The notes under the pieces: generated by a model
What the model was told of the DNA's origin: nothing
Seen by the model: the letters and a program-made list of their open reading frames with translations, nothing else
The model's database searches: none
Source of the DNA: a virus
Lineage: Duplodnaviria; Caudoviricetes
Direction: 5' to 3' (one strand)
DNA length: 64,000 bases
Virus record (IMG/VR): IMGVR_UViG_3300025018_000142
Location: 10,353 to 74,352 of that record
Program-made: the position numbers and the translations under genes
Shown: positions 61,344 to 64,000 of the stretch, one piece after another
How positions within the stretch are numbered: the first letter of the stretch is position 1
How the letters are laid out: each line of letters starts with the position of its first letter

Positions 61344-62113
61344 GCTGCTTTTGGATAAAAATATACGTGCGTTTCATGGTCGGTTGCAAGTATCTCGTAT
61401 TTGTAACCAAGCTTCTCCATCCACATATAAAGTCCTTTATCAGAAACTCCATAGTTCTTTAGCATTAAATCCGGGTGAATCGATACCCAAACGAGTGGTT
61501 TTTTTGTCATAAGAATATGACTCATACCCCTTAGCACACCCATTTCCGCTCCTTCGACATCTATAGTAACTCCATCCGGTAACACATCATACTTCTCACT
61601 CCAACGATCGAGCATAATAGTTGGGATTCGCTTCTTGTCGCTATCATTGTGAATATACGCATACGGCATTCCTGATCCTATTTGAATGCCCTCGACTGAA
61701 GCAGGCCATCCGTTGACTTTCTTATAAATCTTGCCTTTGATTTTCCTGTTTTCTGCACCAATAAAGCCTTGGTAACATCCCTTAGGTAAAGACAAATTAT
61801 TAGCTTCCCATATTTGTTTGATTGTTGGCCAGTATTTATCTGAAGGCTCAAAGAGTACCATATTCTCACCACCAACAATGTACTTCGCAAATAGAGCAGA
61901 AAGCCAGCCGGACTCAACACCAACATCAAAAAGAATATCACCTCGTTTAAGTTCCTTTTCAATGCTAAAGATTCGTTCCTGTTCCCAGTAATCATATACA
62001 TCCCACCTCGAAAGCCACTCAGGTAATTGCAACTCGTACTTCCAAATATGATCTTCGAATGGGCCAGCCATCGAGGTCTTAATAATCTTCGTAGTTTTAA
62101 TTTCCTGACTCAT
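61340..62113 (-). CDS. FkbM-family methyltransferase
   Basis: LFDVGVESG, LFEP, IDVEGAEMGVLRG, VWVSIH. Confidence 0.85.
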   Translation of the reverse strand: MSQEIKTTKIIKTSMAGPFEDHIWKYELQLPEWLSRWDVYDYWEQERIFSIEKELKRGDILFDVGVESGWLSALFAKYIVGGENMVLFEPSDKYWPTIKQIWEANNLSLPKGCYQGFIGAENRKIKGKIYKKVNGWPASVEGIQIGSGMPYAYIHNDSDKKRIPTIMLDRWSEKYDVLPDGVTIDVEGAEMGVLRGMSHILMTKKPLVWVSIHPDLMLKNYGVSDKGLYMWMEKLGYKYEILATDHETHVYFYPKAA

Positions 62114-63089
62114 TTTCGAGTGTTTGAATAAGCTTAGTTAACCTCTGCGTATAAGTGTGATCCCGTTTCGTGCGTTCATGACCTTTTTGTTGTACTGCGG
62201 TTCTCAACATATCATCCATGCAAAACAGGTCAATTAATAACTTCAACTGCTCAAAGTTACCATACTCATAGCTCACGAGCTCCGTCACATCATTGCTAAT
62301 ATTCTTGCCAAGCCTATATGTATTAAATAGACAATTAATTCCCTCAACATAGGGATGAATCAAGAACCCACCCCTTCCAGTGGTTTCAAAGACTCGGTCA
62401 GAAAGATAATATGGTTTGGTGAAATTCGGGCATAAAGTATCGCCGACAACTACTTTTGCTGAGGCATATAACACGTTTAATTCGTGACCTCTGATTGTTG
62501 GAAGGCCACCGCCACCATATTGAGCAAAACTAGATTTGTAAGTCTTTTGTAACCACTCTATGAGTTGCGGTCTGTACGGCCATTCGGGATGATATCCCTT
62601 TGAACCAACAAAGATTACTTCGTGCGGATATTTTTCGTAATTCGGCTTGGCCATGTAACATTCGTCTTCGAATACTCCAGCTGGTAAATAGAAAGCCTTA
62701 GGCATATCTGCACGGCTATTCAGAAGTGCGACCATATCAGGGTCAACTGAAAAGAAGTACTGCACCTGCCAAAATGGATCGGTTTCTAAGTCCTTTTCTC
62801 GTGCAATACCGAGCCATAAGTCAAGGTGGTATCCATACGTTGGTTTTCCTTGTTCTTTAAGCTCTGCAAGCAGAACCTCAACACCTTCAGTCTTCCAGCC
62901 GTGGGTGTGAGTCCAGTTAAATGCGTCACAAGTTTTCATCGCCTCCCGGATCTGAGCAACAGTCGTAACCCCTTCTTGAAGTCGAATGACCTCAATTTCA
63001 AGCCTCTCGTATGTTTTAGCGTGATGAACTTCAGTACAGTAATCAACCGTGAAATTTCCTAAGAAAGCTATTCTTTTAATCTTGTTCAC
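62097..63089 (-). CDS. CgeB-like glycosyltransferase
   Basis: EVIFVGS, LNVLYASAKVV, SDRVFETTGRGGFL, RTKRDHTY..R. Confidence 0.8.
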   Translation of the reverse strand: MNKIKRIAFLGNFTVDYCTEVHHAKTYERLEIEVIRLQEGVTTVAQIREAMKTCDAFNWTHTHGWKTEGVEVLLAELKEQGKPTYGYHLDLWLGIAREKDLETDPFWQVQYFFSVDPDMVALLNSRADMPKAFYLPAGVFEDECYMAKPNYEKYPHEVIFVGSKGYHPEWPYRPQLIEWLQKTYKSSFAQYGGGGLPTIRGHELNVLYASAKVVVGDTLCPNFTKPYYLSDRVFETTGRGGFLIHPYVEGINCLFNTYRLGKNISNDVTELVSYEYGNFEQLKLLIDLFCMDDMLRTAVQQKGHERTKRDHTYTQRLTKLIQTLENESGN

Positions 63090-63339
63090 GCTTGTTTGTC
63101 AGTAATTTAGTGATATCCTTCATTGCATCGATGTATCCGTCAGCTCTCATTAGGTCTGCCATTTCAATATTCCCTGCCAAACGACCAGATTTGATTTTTG
63201 CTTCTTTGAGCGCAACTAGTCTTTGCATTGACTTCAGAACCATAAGTCGCATTTCTAGCTTTCCGATTACCTTTGCAACAACGAATGCGAAAAAGAAGGC
63301 TGTGATTATTAGCAGATACGATATAAACAAATTCTGCAT
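63076..63339 (-). CDS. Small membrane-anchored hypothetical protein
   Basis: N-terminal TM segment; TAATG overlap with upstream ORF. Confidence 0.55.
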   Translation of the reverse strand: MQNLFISYLLIITAFFFAFVVAKVIGKLEMRLMVLKSMQRLVALKEAKIKSGRLAGNIEMADLMRADGYIDAMKDITKLLTNKREQD

Positions 63340-63617
63340 TATGGAAGGACTTTAATCTTAACACCTAGAGCAACAGCAACTCTGTAAAGAGTTCGCCAAC
63401 GCTCAAATAAGTAATCCCCACGGATCCATTCAAATAGACTTGGTTCACTAACGCCTGATATTCTTGCCAAATGCCTGACTGTCATCTTCTTTAGTTCCCT
63501 CATCTCAAGGAGTCTGCTAAGAAGTAGGGTATTTATCGCTAGTAAGGAAGCGTCCACTTGCTCTGTGAGCTTATTTCTGCTAGTGTCACTATCTTGTAAT
63601 TGTATACGCTTTACCAT
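63339..63617 (-). CDS. XRE/Cro-type HTH protein
   Basis: REL.KMTVRHLARISGVSEPSLFEWIRG...LYRVAVALG. Confidence 0.75.
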   Translation of the reverse strand: MVKRIQLQDSDTSRNKLTEQVDASLLAINTLLLSRLLEMRELKKMTVRHLARISGVSEPSLFEWIRGDYLFERWRTLYRVAVALGVKIKVLP

Positions 63618-63720
63618 AGTTTAAATATATCACGAATTTTATTCCTAAGCAATTCAAACGGTAATACCAAAATACAGATCAACAGAAAATACCAAGGAAG
63701 AGTTTCTTCTGTTTGCTCAT

Positions 63721-64000
63721 TCATTTCCCCTTTCCCCCAAACTTATCCTCTGCCATGCCCTGCAACTTACGCAATACAGGTACGATATATTTTCTAATGT
63801 AATTTGCTATTTTCTCTTTTTCCACATTCCCATCAAGGAAGCTTAGGACGCTCTTTATATCTTGGTCAAATTGCATAACAGCCTTCTGCTCAGCCTGTGA
63901 AATTAACTGCTCGATGTAGGCTAACAATTCTAGTTTCTCAAATCCAATATAGTCGTATGGCTTATCATCGGAGCCAAGTCTGATACCACTTTTTACAGCC
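63721..64000 (-). CDS. Hypothetical phage protein, copy 2 (5'-truncated by window)
   Basis: Frame is open to the window edge; N-terminal part nearly identical to 32053-32367, C-terminus diverged. Confidence 0.75.
   Translation of the reverse strand, partial: AVKSGIRLGSDDKPYDYIGFEKLELLAYIEQLISQAEQKAVMQFDQDIKSVLSFLDGNVEKEKIANYIRKYIVPVLRKLQGMAEDKFGGKGK

Overview
The window is entirely phage DNA (standard genetic code; no host housekeeping genes, rRNA, convincing tRNA, integrase, reverse transcriptase or CRISPR array seen). It appears to hold two different tailed-phage genomes. (1) 1-28.5 kb (+): a podovirus-like morphogenesis module: TerL C-terminus running off the left edge, P22-like portal, scaffold, Mu gpT-like capsid, Gly-X-Thr collagen fibre, methyltransferase + glycosyltransferase, M23 endolysin, adaptor/nozzle, LysM and ejection proteins. 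Small minus-strand early genes follow to ~32 kb. (2) ~32.3-64 kb (mostly -): a near-complete siphovirus-like gene set: macrodomain-pentapeptide fusion, YqaJ-like exonuclease + partner, amidase, replication initiator, RusA-like gene, broken IS200, HK97-type head/tail genes with a -1 frameshifted tail chaperone, TerL/TerS, and a six-gene glycosyl/methyltransferase cluster. The siphovirus block is bounded by a direct repeat 31,680 bp apart (32175-32320 vs 63855-64000, 144/146 identical, cut off by the window edge), which suggests a phage-phage cointegrate or an assembly chimera. The best candidates for new biology are two hairpin-dense intergenic regions (~31.6-31.9 kb and ~35.9-36.1 kb) that look like unannotated structured RNAs, a pseudoknot-like leader before the replication gene, the macrodomain-pentapeptide fusion, glycosylation cassettes beside the virion genes of both phages, and a recurrent leaderless TAnAAT-AG-nnn-ATG promoter signature. 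All protein family calls come from motifs recognised by eye; no searches were run.
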